A stretch of DNA of 64,000 bases from the NCBI GenBank assembly GCA_020184695.1, contig JAANOX010000237.1, positions 124,001 to 188,000 on the forward strand, read 5' to 3'. The position numbers were made by a program, and so were the translations under genes. Shown piece after piece: positions 52,919-62,803 of this stretch. Position 1 is the stretch's first letter. Every line of letters starts with the position of its first letter. Below the pieces are notes generated by a model. That model saw nothing but the letters and a program-made list of their open reading frames with translations. It was not told the origin of the DNA and searched no databases. The DNA is from Histomonas meleagridis 2922-C6/04-290x (lineage: Eukaryota; Protista; Parabasalia).

Positions 52919-54915
52919 TTACTGTTTATTGTTTTTTTCTTTATCATTGAATAATTTAACTATTTCTTCGTAACCTTTAATTGTTGCAATCATGAGTGGA
53001 GTTAATAATAATTTGCATGAATATCAAATATCAGTTTGAAACATAAAATTGATTAAATTAACACTAAATATAATAAATTGATAGTATAAGTATGAATTAC
53101 TATTCCCTCTTGTTCAAGTAATAGTTTAACAATTTCAGTTTTTCCACATTCACATGCAACTAAAAGAGCTGTTTGAAGAAAAATGAATAAAATCCAAATA
53201 TCATTTTGAAAAGTCATTTTTTACAATTAAATATTATATACTTTAAATATATATCTTTAGCATTAATATCAATTCCTTTTTGTTTAAGGAGCAATTTTAT
53301 AATGTCAATATGACCATATCTAGTTGCCAGCATTAAAGCTGTCCATAATAATTTATAAAAATTCCAAAACTTATTTTTAAGCATTAAATTATTCTATTAA
53401 ATATTGAACAAAATTTTAAAATATCTTTGTTATTAATATCAATGTCCTTTTGCTCAAGAAGTAATTTGACAACATCAGTACATCCATTAAGTGATGCATT
53501 CATTAAAGCTGTTTTAAATTCTTTGAATAATTTCCATTAACAATTTTAAAATATAAAGTTATTAAAATATATTTTGTTCAAAACGAATAAACATCGCTAA
53601 TATTTATATCAATTCCTTCTTGTTCAAGAAGCAATTTTACAATTTCTATATGACCATTTTTTGTAGCAATTATAAGTGCAGTTTGAAATAATATAAAGAA
53701 TTTCCAAATATTACTTAAAAACTTCACATGAGTAAAATTAAAACTTTTTTCATTTATATTAATACACTTTAGATCGATGACATATTTAACGAGTTCAACA
53801 TTTCCTGACAATGAAGAAAAAATTAAAATATCTTTCGGAACAGGTTTCTTATTAAGGAAATATTTAACAAGAAATATATTTCCAATATTAGCTGCTAAAT
53901 TAATAAATGATTCTTCAATATCCATACCTTCTTTTTCCAAAAAATAAAGAATTTGATAATTGTTACATTTAATACAAATTTTTCCCAGTTTGTTTATATT
54001 GTCAATTTTAGACATTTTATTCTCGTAAAGATAATGAAAGATATCATTTCGATGAAACAAAATTGCAGTTTCAATAGTTCCTTCGAAAGATAAATGATAT
54101 TGTTCACAAAGATGAAACATTTCTATGTTACCACCTGCAACAGCAAATATTCCTGAATTATAACTTGCTCCGTTTAGTAACAAAAATTTAAAACATTTAA
54201 TTGATCCAAAAAATGCTGCATAATCAATTAACGAAACTTTTTCTTGATTAATAAATGAACATCTTTCATAAATTGAAGGACAAATTATTTGATTAAAATT
54301 AAAATCATTTTGTGATGATATTTCTTGAAGTTTTTCTATTTCGTCATTTCGAATTATTTTTGCTATTTCATTCGGATTAACTCCTTCTTTAATTAATTGC
54401 TTATGAAGTTCCCAATTATTCTTTGATAGTTCTTTTATATTATCAAAGAAATCTCTACTATGGTAGTATCTAGCTAATCGAAAATCTTCAAATTCTTCAT
54501 TACTTAGAAAATGTGAAAAATAAAAAGATTTATGTTTTTTGCTTTTTATAACTTGAGATGTGATTAATTTATATTCATACAACTTTTCAAGAAGAAAATT
54601 AGATTCTTGAGAATCAGAGCAAAGAAGAATTGTTGTAAATATATGAATTAGCTTGAAATCATTTTTATTGATTTTTTCTTTTTCTTCAATTTCCTGGAGA
54701 AAATGAATACAAATATCGAATTCATTCACGTTTGAACTAAAGCTTAAAAGAAATAATTGACTTAGAACAGTATTGAATGAATATACTAAATTATCATCAA
54801 ATAAATTCATAATCGATTCAATTGATGAATTAAAATTATCTTTATTTAAGCCAAAAACAATTTGTTCCATCAGTAGTAAGATATCATCAGTGATATTTTG
54901 AAATGACGCCTTCAT
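52919..54915 (-). CDS. DUF3447-ankyrin repeat protein (locus D), interrupted by 19 short segments; 557 aa after removal
   Basis: 1997 nt minus 19x17 = 1674 nt = 558 codons. Ankyrin units at 53593-53682, 53423-53512, 53253-53342, 53083-53172, then a terminal unit ending at TAA 52919-52921. Confidence 0.85.
53003..53742 (-). other. Five arrays of 17-nt interruptions (locus D)
   Basis: 53683-53742 (60 nt, 3 elements, EGQ), 53513-53592 (KYGK), 53343-53422 (NNGW), 53173-53252 (NDGQ), 53003-53082 (SYDL). Confidence 0.9.
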
Positions 54916-55356
54916 GACGGATGAAGGAGGACGATAAAATTACATTCAAATTTCAAAGTCATATTTTATGAAGAAAAAAGTGAATTTCTAATGACCGAAT
55001 AGATTCTTGATACCTCAAGAAATTTCTTTAGACATTATTCATGAATATCAATATTGATACTTACATGTGTAATTAAGCACTCAGTGTTGGTTGTCTCATT
55101 TTTAAATTTTTACATATATGATTAGCATTTGAAAACATCGCTTTTTTTCTTCTTGTTTAAATTTTATAGAGCAAAAGTCGATTTTTTTTTTGCTTTTTTA
55201 TGAAGAAAAACAAAAGAAATTTCACCAACAGTTAGTTTTACTTTAAGTCAAGTAGCTTCACATCACACTGTTTTCTGTTCACCGGGAAACTTTTTGAAAG
55301 GCAATCTTTTCCGGAAAAGATTTGTGAAATGACTCCGGTGGAACTCATTATATTAA

Positions 55357-55890
55357 ATGTCATTAGAAAAACCTTTACTCGCTGATGCTGCTGTAGACAT
55401 AGATGCTACTTCTCAAGTTGAACAACAAAATGAAAATGTTCCAAATCCATTTAGAAATGAATCACCACATGATGAAATGAATTTGATCACACTAGACAAT
55501 GAAAATGAAGAAGAAACAAATGTTTCTCTTCAAGATGATGAATCGTTGTCAATTTTGGATGATTTAATCACAAGTGAAAATAATGTCAATAATTCTGTTT
55601 CAGACAACAAAGAAACTCAATGCGAAAAACAAAATGAACAAAAAGATAAAAATGAAGAAAAATCATCACGAGCCGAATCTTTCAAAAAATGTATTTACAA
55701 AAGCGTTGAGTTTGCTGACATCATCACAACAAAAGCTGTTGCAAAATTGAGTATTGTTTTTTCACCAGTTTTTGATTTTCTTTTTAAGAATATTGATCTT
55801 CTTTCATGGAAGGTTGATGATGCTACAATCAAAGTTAACAATTATATTTGGGGAAGAAAGGAAAGAAAACAACATTTAAAGGTTGAGTAA
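55357..55890 (+). CDS. Hypothetical acidic protein
   Basis: 177-aa ORF, Asn/Glu-rich, with a helical C-terminus. Confidence 0.7.
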   Translation: MSLEKPLLADAAVDIDATSQVEQQNENVPNPFRNESPHDEMNLITLDNENEEETNVSLQDDESLSILDDLITSENNVNNSVSDNKETQCEKQNEQKDKNEEKSSRAESFKKCIYKSVEFADIITTKAVAKLSIVFSPVFDFLFKNIDLLSWKVDDATIKVNNYIWGRKERKQHLKVE

Positions 55891-55965
55891 AAAATTACAT
55901 GAAAAATAAATATTTGCAAAAAAAAAATAATCTATTTGAATAAAAGGTAACCTGCAAAAAACGGG

Positions 55966-58900
55966 TTGAGCGGCTTTGGTTTGCAACTTTATATTAAGAG
56001 TGCATGCAAGGAAATTTGTTTGGAAACAATTTATATTTTTGCCACTTTTTGTCCAATAAGAAAAAATAAGCGCAAAAAACAACAAATGATTACTTCATCA
56101 ACTAAATTCGATATTACTAAATACATGCATTCAGGTGCATCACAAGATGGAACACTATGTGCTAGTATGGTTGTTTTTTCGCAACTAAATCCAAGAGTAA
56201 ATCAATACCAACAAATCGGACAATTACCTCTTGTAATTAGTCGGAAATCCGCAAACTTAATGATTCTTGTCCTTGGTCCACAGAAGAAAATTCTGACCTA
56301 TGTACAAGTAACACAATCAATTAATTGGATTATTCAATCAAGTGTTTATTGCACATTTATTGATCAAAATAATGTCAGGTGTTTGGCTAGATTTAATACT
56401 GCTGAGGATGCTCAGTTTTTCACAATGATTGCTCTTTCCAAAAAAATCAACATCGGAATTAACAGTTATTGTATTGATCAAGGAAAAAACGATTTACAAA
56501 TTTGTAGTGATAATGAAAATATTTTAGTAAAAGTTAGAGTTTATGATCTAACATTACAAGCAGTTCATGAGGCAATCGACAAAATTGATAACTGTTATAT
56601 TGAAGATTCTATAACATTTCCCAATACAAAAATGAATGGGGTCTATGTAGCCCAAATTTCTCAGTCAATATTTGCTATAATGGAAATAGTTGGAAAGCAA
56701 ATGAAGGAAAAAAAGAAAAGCGGACTCTTTGGCTTCTTCGGTGTTGAAGAAGAAAATGATAATAGCGAAAGTGAAAGTGATTTATTCGGCTTTAATAGAA
56801 AAGAAAGAAATTCATCAGAAAATAGTTCAGAAGAAGAGGAAAATAACTTATTTGGATTTCATAAAAAAGTATCCAGAAAAATAGAGGAAGAAGAGGAAGA
56901 AGAAAATAGTGAAAGCGAAAGTAGTTTTAGAGGTAAACAGAAAAGAGTATATAGAAAAATAGAGGAAGAAGAAGAAAATAGTGAAAGCGAAAGTAGTTTA
57001 AGAGGTAAACAGAAAAGAGTATATCAAAGAATGGAAGAAGAGGAAGAAGAAGAAAACAGCCAAAGCGAAAACAATTTAAGAAGTAATCAGAAAAGAGTAT
57101 ATAGAAAAATAGAGGAAGAAGAGGAAGAAGAAGAAAATCTTGAAGAGGAAAATGAAAGAAGTAAAGAAGAAAATATGGAGGAAATCGAAGAGGAAAATGA
57201 GAATAAAGAGGAAGAAAATGAAGACGAAAATGATGATAAAGAAGATGATATTGAAGAAGATAAAGGTGAACATAGTGATGTTATAGAACATCAAGACAAC
57301 GAAGAAGAAATTGAAGACAAAAAAGAAGAAAATAAAGAAATAGAAAAAGAGAAAGAAGAAACTTCAGAAGAAGATAAAGAAGAAGTTGAAGAAGAATATA
57401 TGGAAGATAAAAATGAAATAAAAGAAAAAGAAACCAAAGAAGAAATTATCGAAGAAACGGAAGAGGAAGAAGTTAAAGAAGAAGAAAAGGAAGGTAAAAA
57501 AGATAAAGAAGAAGACAAAGAAGAAATTAAGGAAGAAATCCTAGAAAGAGTTAAAAAAGAGGAAGTTAAGAAAGATGAAAAAGAAAATATAAAAGAAGAA
57601 ACACAAGAAGAGGAAGATAAAGAAGAAACTAAAGAAAAAATTAAAGAAGATAAAGAAGGGGATGTTAAAGAGGAAGAAACTCAAGAAGAAGAAATTAAGG
57701 AAGATAAAGATGAATCTTCAAAAGTAGAAACTGAGGGAAATGAAGAAGAAATCAAAGAACATAAAGAAAGAAATCCAGAAGAAGTTAAAGAGGAAGAAAT
57801 TAAAGATAAAGAAGAAATATCAGAGGGTGAAATTAAAGAAGATAAAGAAAGAACTACAGAAGAAGAAATTGAAGAAGAAGAAACTAAAGAAGAGGAAACT
57901 AAAGAAAATAACAAAAAAATTAAAGAAAAAACTATAGAAGAAGTTAATGAAGATAAAAAAGAAAATAAAGAAGGAACACCAGAAAAAATTGAAGAAGAAG
58001 TTAAAGAAGAGGAAACTAAAGAAGATAAAGAAGAAACTAAAGAAGAAGTTAAAGAAGAAGAAGAAATTAAAGAAGAGGAAACTATCGAAGACAAAAAAGA
58101 AGAAACTAAAGAAGGAACACCAGAAGAAGTTGAAGAAGAAGTTAAAGAAGAGGAAACTAAAGAAGATAAAGAAGAAACTAAAGAAGAAGTTAAAGAAGAA
58201 GAAGAAACTAAAGAAGAAGTTAAAGAAGAAGAAGAAATTAAAGAAGAGGAAACTAAAGAAAGAACACCAGAAGAAGTGAAAGAAGAAGAGGAAACTAAAG
58301 AAGTTAAAGAAGAAGTTAAAGAAGAAGAAGAAACTAAAGAAGATAAAGAAGAAGTCAAAGAAGAAGAAATTAGAGAAGAGGAAACTAAAGAAGATGAAGA
58401 AGAAACTAACGAAGAAATTAAAGAAGAAGAAGAAACTAAAGAAGATAAAGAAGAAGAAGAAACTAAAGAAGAGGTTAAAGAAGAAGAAAAAGAAGAAACT
58501 AAAGAAGAATTTAAAGAAGAAGAAGAAATTAAAGAAGATAAAGAAGAGGTTAAAGAAGAAGAAACTAAAGAAGAAGTTAAAGAAGAAGAAGAAACTAAAG
58601 AAGATAAAGAAGAAGAAGAAATTAAAGAAGAGGAAACTAAAGAAAGAACACCAGAAGAAGTGAAAGAAGAAGAGGAAACTAAAGAAGATAAAGAAAATGA
58701 AATTGAAGAAGAAGAAATTAAAGAAGATAAAGAAGAGGTTAAAGAAGAAGAAACTAAAGAAGAAGTTAAAGAAGAAGAAGAAACTAAAGAAGTTAAAGAA
58801 GAAGAAGAAATTAAAGAAGAGGAAACTAAAGAAAGAACACCAGAAGAAGTGAAAGAAGAAGAGGAAACTAAAGAAGTTAAAGAAGAAGTTAAAGAAGAAG

Positions 58901-61524
58901 AAGAAATTAAAGAAGATAAAGAAGAAGTCAAAGAAGAAGAAATTAGAGAAGAGGAAACTAAAGAAGATGAAGAAGAAACTAAAGAAGAAGTTAAAGAAGA
59001 AGAAGAAATTAAAGAAGAGGAAACTAAAGAAAGAACACCAGAAGAAGTGAAAGAAGAAGAGGAAACTAAAGAAGATAAAGAAGAAGTCAAAGAAGAAGAA
59101 ATTAGAGAAAAGGAAACTAAAGAAGAGGTTAAAGAAGAAGAAGTTAAAGAAGAAGAAGAAACTAAAGAAGAATTTAAAGAAGAAGAAGAAGTTAAAGAAG
59201 AAGATAAAGAAGAGGAAACTAAAGAAAGAACACCAGAAGAAGTGAAAGAAGAAGAAGAAATTAAAGAAGAAACTAAAGAAAAAGCACAAAAAGAAGTGAA
59301 AGAAGAAGAAACTAAAGAAAAAACACCAGAAGAAATGAAAGAAGAAGAAGAAATTAAAGAAGATGAAACCAAAGAAAATAAAGAAAGAACGCCAGAAAAA
59401 GAAGAAGAAGTCAAAGAAGAAATTAAAGAAAATAAAGAAAAAGAAATTAAAGAAGAAGAAATTGAAGAAGAAGATAAAGAAGAGGAAACTAAAGAAAGAA
59501 CACCAGAAGAAGAAACTCGGGAAGAAATTATCAAAGAAGAGGAAACTGGAGAAAAGGAAGTTAAAGAAGATAAAGAAGCAAGAAAAGAAGAAGAAAATAA
59601 GGAAGAGGAAAATAAAGAAGAAATTAAAGAAAATAAAGAAAGAACACAAGAAGAAGTTGAAGAAGAAGAAACTAAAGAAGAAAGTAAAAATAAAGAAGAT
59701 GAAGTCAAGGAAGATAGAGAAGAAGAAAGAACTCCAGAAGAAGATGAAGAAGTTAAGGAAAATATAAAAGAAGAAGAAACTCTAGAAGAAAATAAAAATA
59801 AACAAGAAGAAATAAAAGAAAACGAAATTAAAAATAAATCTGATGAAGAAGAAGAAAAATCACCACCAAAAGAAAGTTCTGATGAAAAAACCAAAGATCA
59901 ATCAGAATCGTCTAAAGAAAACTCCGAAGCCGAAGCAAAAGGTAAATCTGAGCGGTCTAAAGAAAACTCCGAAGCCAATGAAGATAAATCTGAATCATCT
60001 AAAGAAAGTTCTGATGAAGAAACCAAAGATCAATCAGAATCGTCTAAAGAAAACTCCGAAGCCGAAGCAAAAGGTAAATCTGAATCGTCTAAAGAAAGTT
60101 CTGATGAAGAAACCAAAGATCAATCAGAATCGTCTAAAGAAAACTCCGAAGCCAATAAAGATAAATCTGAATCATCTAAAGAAAGTTCTGATGAAGAAAC
60201 CAAATACAAATCAGAATCGTCTAAAGAAAACTCCGAAGCCGAAGCAAAAGGTAAATCTGAATCATCCAACGGAAGTTCTGATGATAAATTCATCCAAATT
60301 CTGAGTGATGATGAAATTGGCACAAAAAAAACAACAAAACGTCGGAAGCCCGCTCCAAAGCATGACGACACCTCCGATGACTTCAGCGATCTCTTTGCCA
60401 AGCCAAAGAAGAAGAAGCAGCGAATATCACTTTTCGACGCAGATTTGACAGATTCGTCAACAGATGCATTTGATTTTGACTTCACCAAACCTGCTAAGAC
60501 TAAGTCTAAGAAACGTATCACGTTATTTGATGATATAATACCCTCGACAAAGCCCAAAAAGTCCAAAAAGAAATCGAAATCAAAATCCCGAAAGTCACTT
60601 TTTGATAGTATTGACGATAGCGCACCACCAGTCAAATCCACTGAATTACCTAAAGAAGAATTGAAAGCCGAAATCGGTTCTTCCGTAGAAAAAGTTCATA
60701 AGGATCTTGGCACTTTTGCCTATGTTGATAAAGCACAAAAGTTTACATCTGCTTCTGAACTTAGGCAATCAATGCGCTCACGATTTGCGCAACTTGAATC
60801 CCTTATCAAGTCCATTACTATTCAAGAGTGTAAAACTACACAACTTGATTTACCAAATATTGTACTCAAAGAAAGTATTCATAAATTAGTAAATGACATT
60901 AAATCCAAAGATGCGCGACTTAAACAAATGCAAATTCTTATCGATTTCCTTGACGAAACTACAACATCGACATTTGAAAAAGATGAAATTCTAAAAGAGC
61001 AGAAAAAGCGTCGAATGGAAATCAAAACAGAAGAAACGCGAACAGAATCCGCAATTTCGGAACTTGTCGAAGTGCAAAAAGTTGTAAATTCGCTCGAGCA
61101 AGAACTTTCTGATATTTCCATATCATTGCAACAATCGGAGAATGAACTTCGCGCGAAACACGAAGCGGAAATGTACCGAGAAGCGTCTGAAAGCATCGAA
61201 GAGCAAAAGCCGATCGAGCAGAAAATGATCGAAGCGAAGAATCGGAAAGTTAACATCGAAATAAAACTGATGCCATTACTTGACGAAAACAAGAAAATGA
61301 AAGAAAACGTCGACACGAAATCGCTTAAAGAAATTGAAGAACTGAAAAGTAACGCACCGAAAATGCTGAAGGAAGTCGTGCTCGAGATGAAGGAGGGACT
61401 GGAGGCGATGCTGGAAAGCGCGTTCAACCCATTGAGGGAATACGACGGAGATATGGTGGCAACGGCGGTGAAAAACGCGTTGAAGAAACAAGGAATGTTA
61501 TGTATGCAAAAGAGGAAAGTGTAA
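55966..61524 (+). CDS. Giant Glu/Lys-rich repeat protein with FKBP15-like N-terminal PH/WH1-type domain and C-terminal coiled coil
   Basis: 1852-aa ORF. N-terminal YCTFIDQNNVRCLARFNTAEDAQFF resembles FKBP15 YSTFYDDQRQNWSIMFESEKAAVEF (from memory). About 1000 aa of E/K repeats. True start probably MITSS. Confidence 0.8.
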   Translation: MSGFGLQLYIKSACKEICLETIYIFATFCPIRKNKRKKQQMITSSTKFDITKYMHSGASQDGTLCASMVVFSQLNPRVNQYQQIGQLPLVISRKSANLMILVLGPQKKILTYVQVTQSINWIIQSSVYCTFIDQNNVRCLARFNTAEDAQFFTMIALSKKINIGINSYCIDQGKNDLQICSDNENILVKVRVYDLTLQAVHEAIDKIDNCYIEDSITFPNTKMNGVYVAQISQSIFAIMEIVGKQMKEKKKSGLFGFFGVEEENDNSESESDLFGFNRKERNSSENSSEEEENNLFGFHKKVSRKIEEEEEEENSESESSFRGKQKRVYRKIEEEEENSESESSLRGKQKRVYQRMEEEEEEENSQSENNLRSNQKRVYRKIEEEEEEEENLEEENERSKEENMEEIEEENENKEEENEDENDDKEDDIEEDKGEHSDVIEHQDNEEEIEDKKEENKEIEKEKEETSEEDKEEVEEEYMEDKNEIKEKETKEEIIEETEEEEVKEEEKEGKKDKEEDKEEIKEEILERVKKEEVKKDEKENIKEETQEEEDKEETKEKIKEDKEGDVKEEETQEEEIKEDKDESSKVETEGNEEEIKEHKERNPEEVKEEEIKDKEEISEGEIKEDKERTTEEEIEEEETKEEETKENNKKIKEKTIEEVNEDKKENKEGTPEKIEEEVKEEETKEDKEETKEEVKEEEEIKEEETIEDKKEETKEGTPEEVEEEVKEEETKEDKEETKEEVKEEEETKEEVKEEEEIKEEETKERTPEEVKEEEETKEVKEEVKEEEETKEDKEEVKEEEIREEETKEDEEETNEEIKEEEETKEDKEEEETKEEVKEEEKEETKEEFKEEEEIKEDKEEVKEEETKEEVKEEEETKEDKEEEEIKEEETKERTPEEVKEEEETKEDKENEIEEEEIKEDKEEVKEEETKEEVKEEEETKEVKEEEEIKEEETKERTPEEVKEEEETKEVKEEVKEEEEIKEDKEEVKEEEIREEETKEDEEETKEEVKEEEEIKEEETKERTPEEVKEEEETKEDKEEVKEEEIREKETKEEVKEEEVKEEEETKEEFKEEEEVKEEDKEEETKERTPEEVKEEEEIKEETKEKAQKEVKEEETKEKTPEEMKEEEEIKEDETKENKERTPEKEEEVKEEIKENKEKEIKEEEIEEEDKEEETKERTPEEETREEIIKEEETGEKEVKEDKEARKEEENKEEENKEEIKENKERTQEEVEEEETKEESKNKEDEVKEDREEERTPEEDEEVKENIKEEETLEENKNKQEEIKENEIKNKSDEEEEKSPPKESSDEKTKDQSESSKENSEAEAKGKSERSKENSEANEDKSESSKESSDEETKDQSESSKENSEAEAKGKSESSKESSDEETKDQSESSKENSEANKDKSESSKESSDEETKYKSESSKENSEAEAKGKSESSNGSSDDKFIQILSDDEIGTKKTTKRRKPAPKHDDTSDDFSDLFAKPKKKKQRISLFDADLTDSSTDAFDFDFTKPAKTKSKKRITLFDDIIPSTKPKKSKKKSKSKSRKSLFDSIDDSAPPVKSTELPKEELKAEIGSSVEKVHKDLGTFAYVDKAQKFTSASELRQSMRSRFAQLESLIKSITIQECKTTQLDLPNIVLKESIHKLVNDIKSKDARLKQMQILIDFLDETTTSTFEKDEILKEQKKRRMEIKTEETRTESAISELVEVQKVVNSLEQELSDISISLQQSENELRAKHEAEMYREASESIEEQKPIEQKMIEAKNRKVNIEIKLMPLLDENKKMKENVDTKSLKEIEELKSNAPKMLKEVVLEMKEGLEAMLESAFNPLREYDGDMVATAVKNALKKQGMLCMQKRKV
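56875..59870 (+). repeat. Purine-rich coding repeat tract (GAA/AAA-based EEETKEEVK and ERTPEE modules)
   Basis: Shuffled modules such as GAAGAAGAAACTAAAGAAGAAGTTAAA and GAAAGAACACCAGAAGAAGTGAAA; plus strand overwhelmingly A/G. Confidence 0.95.
59872..60270 (+). repeat. Nine-unit 45/45/42-nt coding minisatellite (order A B C A B A C A B)
   Basis: A=ESSDEETKDQSESSK, B=ENSEAEAKGKSESSK, C=ENSEANEDKSESSK; 7x45 + 2x42 = 399 nt. Confidence 0.9.
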
Positions 61525-62221
61525 ATAATTAGTTTGGTTTGTGGATTTTTGTGAAATATTATTGATATGTTTAAAATAGTAAAAAGGATAATTTATGTTT
61601 TATAGGAGAATATTAAAATATGAGAAAATAGTAAAATAATTTTACTATTAATCCAAATTGCGCGCTCAATAGCGCAATATATGGTTTTTGATATATGAAA
61701 TATAATATTTTGTGTAGTTGAGATGTTTAAATATTTATGTTTACATATTAATGGATGGTATTGCAAGAATTACATAATATATAAATGTTATATCTATATC
61801 TCATATTATATTTTTCAGTAAATATTTTTTGCAATATTTTGTGAGTTATAATATGATTCATTGATGTTTTTTATAATTATGTATTAAAAAATTAAATTAT
61901 AGATCATAAAACGAAAAACATTTTTTCCCATCAAGATAATCGTTTTTTGTCTTCTCTTTATGTCTAAAGTATCATTTGTAATAAGAACTTTCTTGATATA
62001 TCGTTAAGAATTAGTGATTCGCTTGCAAACTTTATTGGAAATCGAATTTAATGGCCGAGTAAATTCAACCACCACAATTGAGAGTCCGGATTGTTATTCA
62101 GCGGTTAAATTCAAATTTAATTTTGTAATTTAAAATCTCATCTCAAATTGAATAAAATCAGAAAGAAACGATCATTTTTAAGTTAATCCTTCCAGAATCG
62201 AAGTTTACCCAGAAAGCAAAA

Positions 62222-62803
62222 ATGGATGACGAATTAAAAATCAAGATCCAATGGCTTCCTGGTGCGATTCTCCCCGTTGTCACGCATGGGTCATCTACAG
62301 CAGCAGAACTTGCCGACCTTTTGCAATTTTCATGCTTTGACCATGAAAGAGTGTATCTATTTCATAATGGATCAATCCTTAATCCTTCTGATACTTTGTC
62401 AAGTCAAGGTATAAAAAAGGGTGATGTAGTAGAATGTAAAATTGTAGGTCAAATAGAGAAGTTTGAAGAATTATTCCCTAAAGAGAACCAATCTATCGCA
62501 AGGGAAATGGCTCGTGTTTTAGATATGAGAACAGATAAAATATATGAAAGAAAAGAAATGAGTAGACGCGAAAGGAATTCGTCATGTTCTGATGATGATG
62601 ATGATGATTCATATCAATTTTTAATGATGGAAGGTAGTGACCTAACGACTTCGAATGATATTTCCACAGATCCACTACCTATAATATGGCAGAATAATGA
62701 ATATGATGATATACCATATATACCAGAAAATAATATTAGGAATGGAGGAACACAAAGGAACTCTGATCCAAGGAATGAGCCAGAAAAAGTTTTTACGCAA
62801 TGA
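62222..62803 (+). CDS. Ubiquitin-like domain protein with acidic tail
   Basis: LFHNGSILNPSDTLSSQGIKKGDVVEC is a Ubl signature. Confidence 0.75.
   Translation: MDDELKIKIQWLPGAILPVVTHGSSTAAELADLLQFSCFDHERVYLFHNGSILNPSDTLSSQGIKKGDVVECKIVGQIEKFEELFPKENQSIAREMARVLDMRTDKIYERKEMSRRERNSSCSDDDDDDSYQFLMMEGSDLTTSNDISTDPLPIIWQNNEYDDIPYIPENNIRNGGTQRNSDPRNEPEKVFTQ

Noticed and set aside
57681-59894. Long antisense ORFs (737-aa Ser/Leu-rich; 609-aa Phe-rich) and Lys-rich alternative frames
   Set aside because: These are shadows of the GAA/AAA-rich coding repeat, which lacks stops in other frames.
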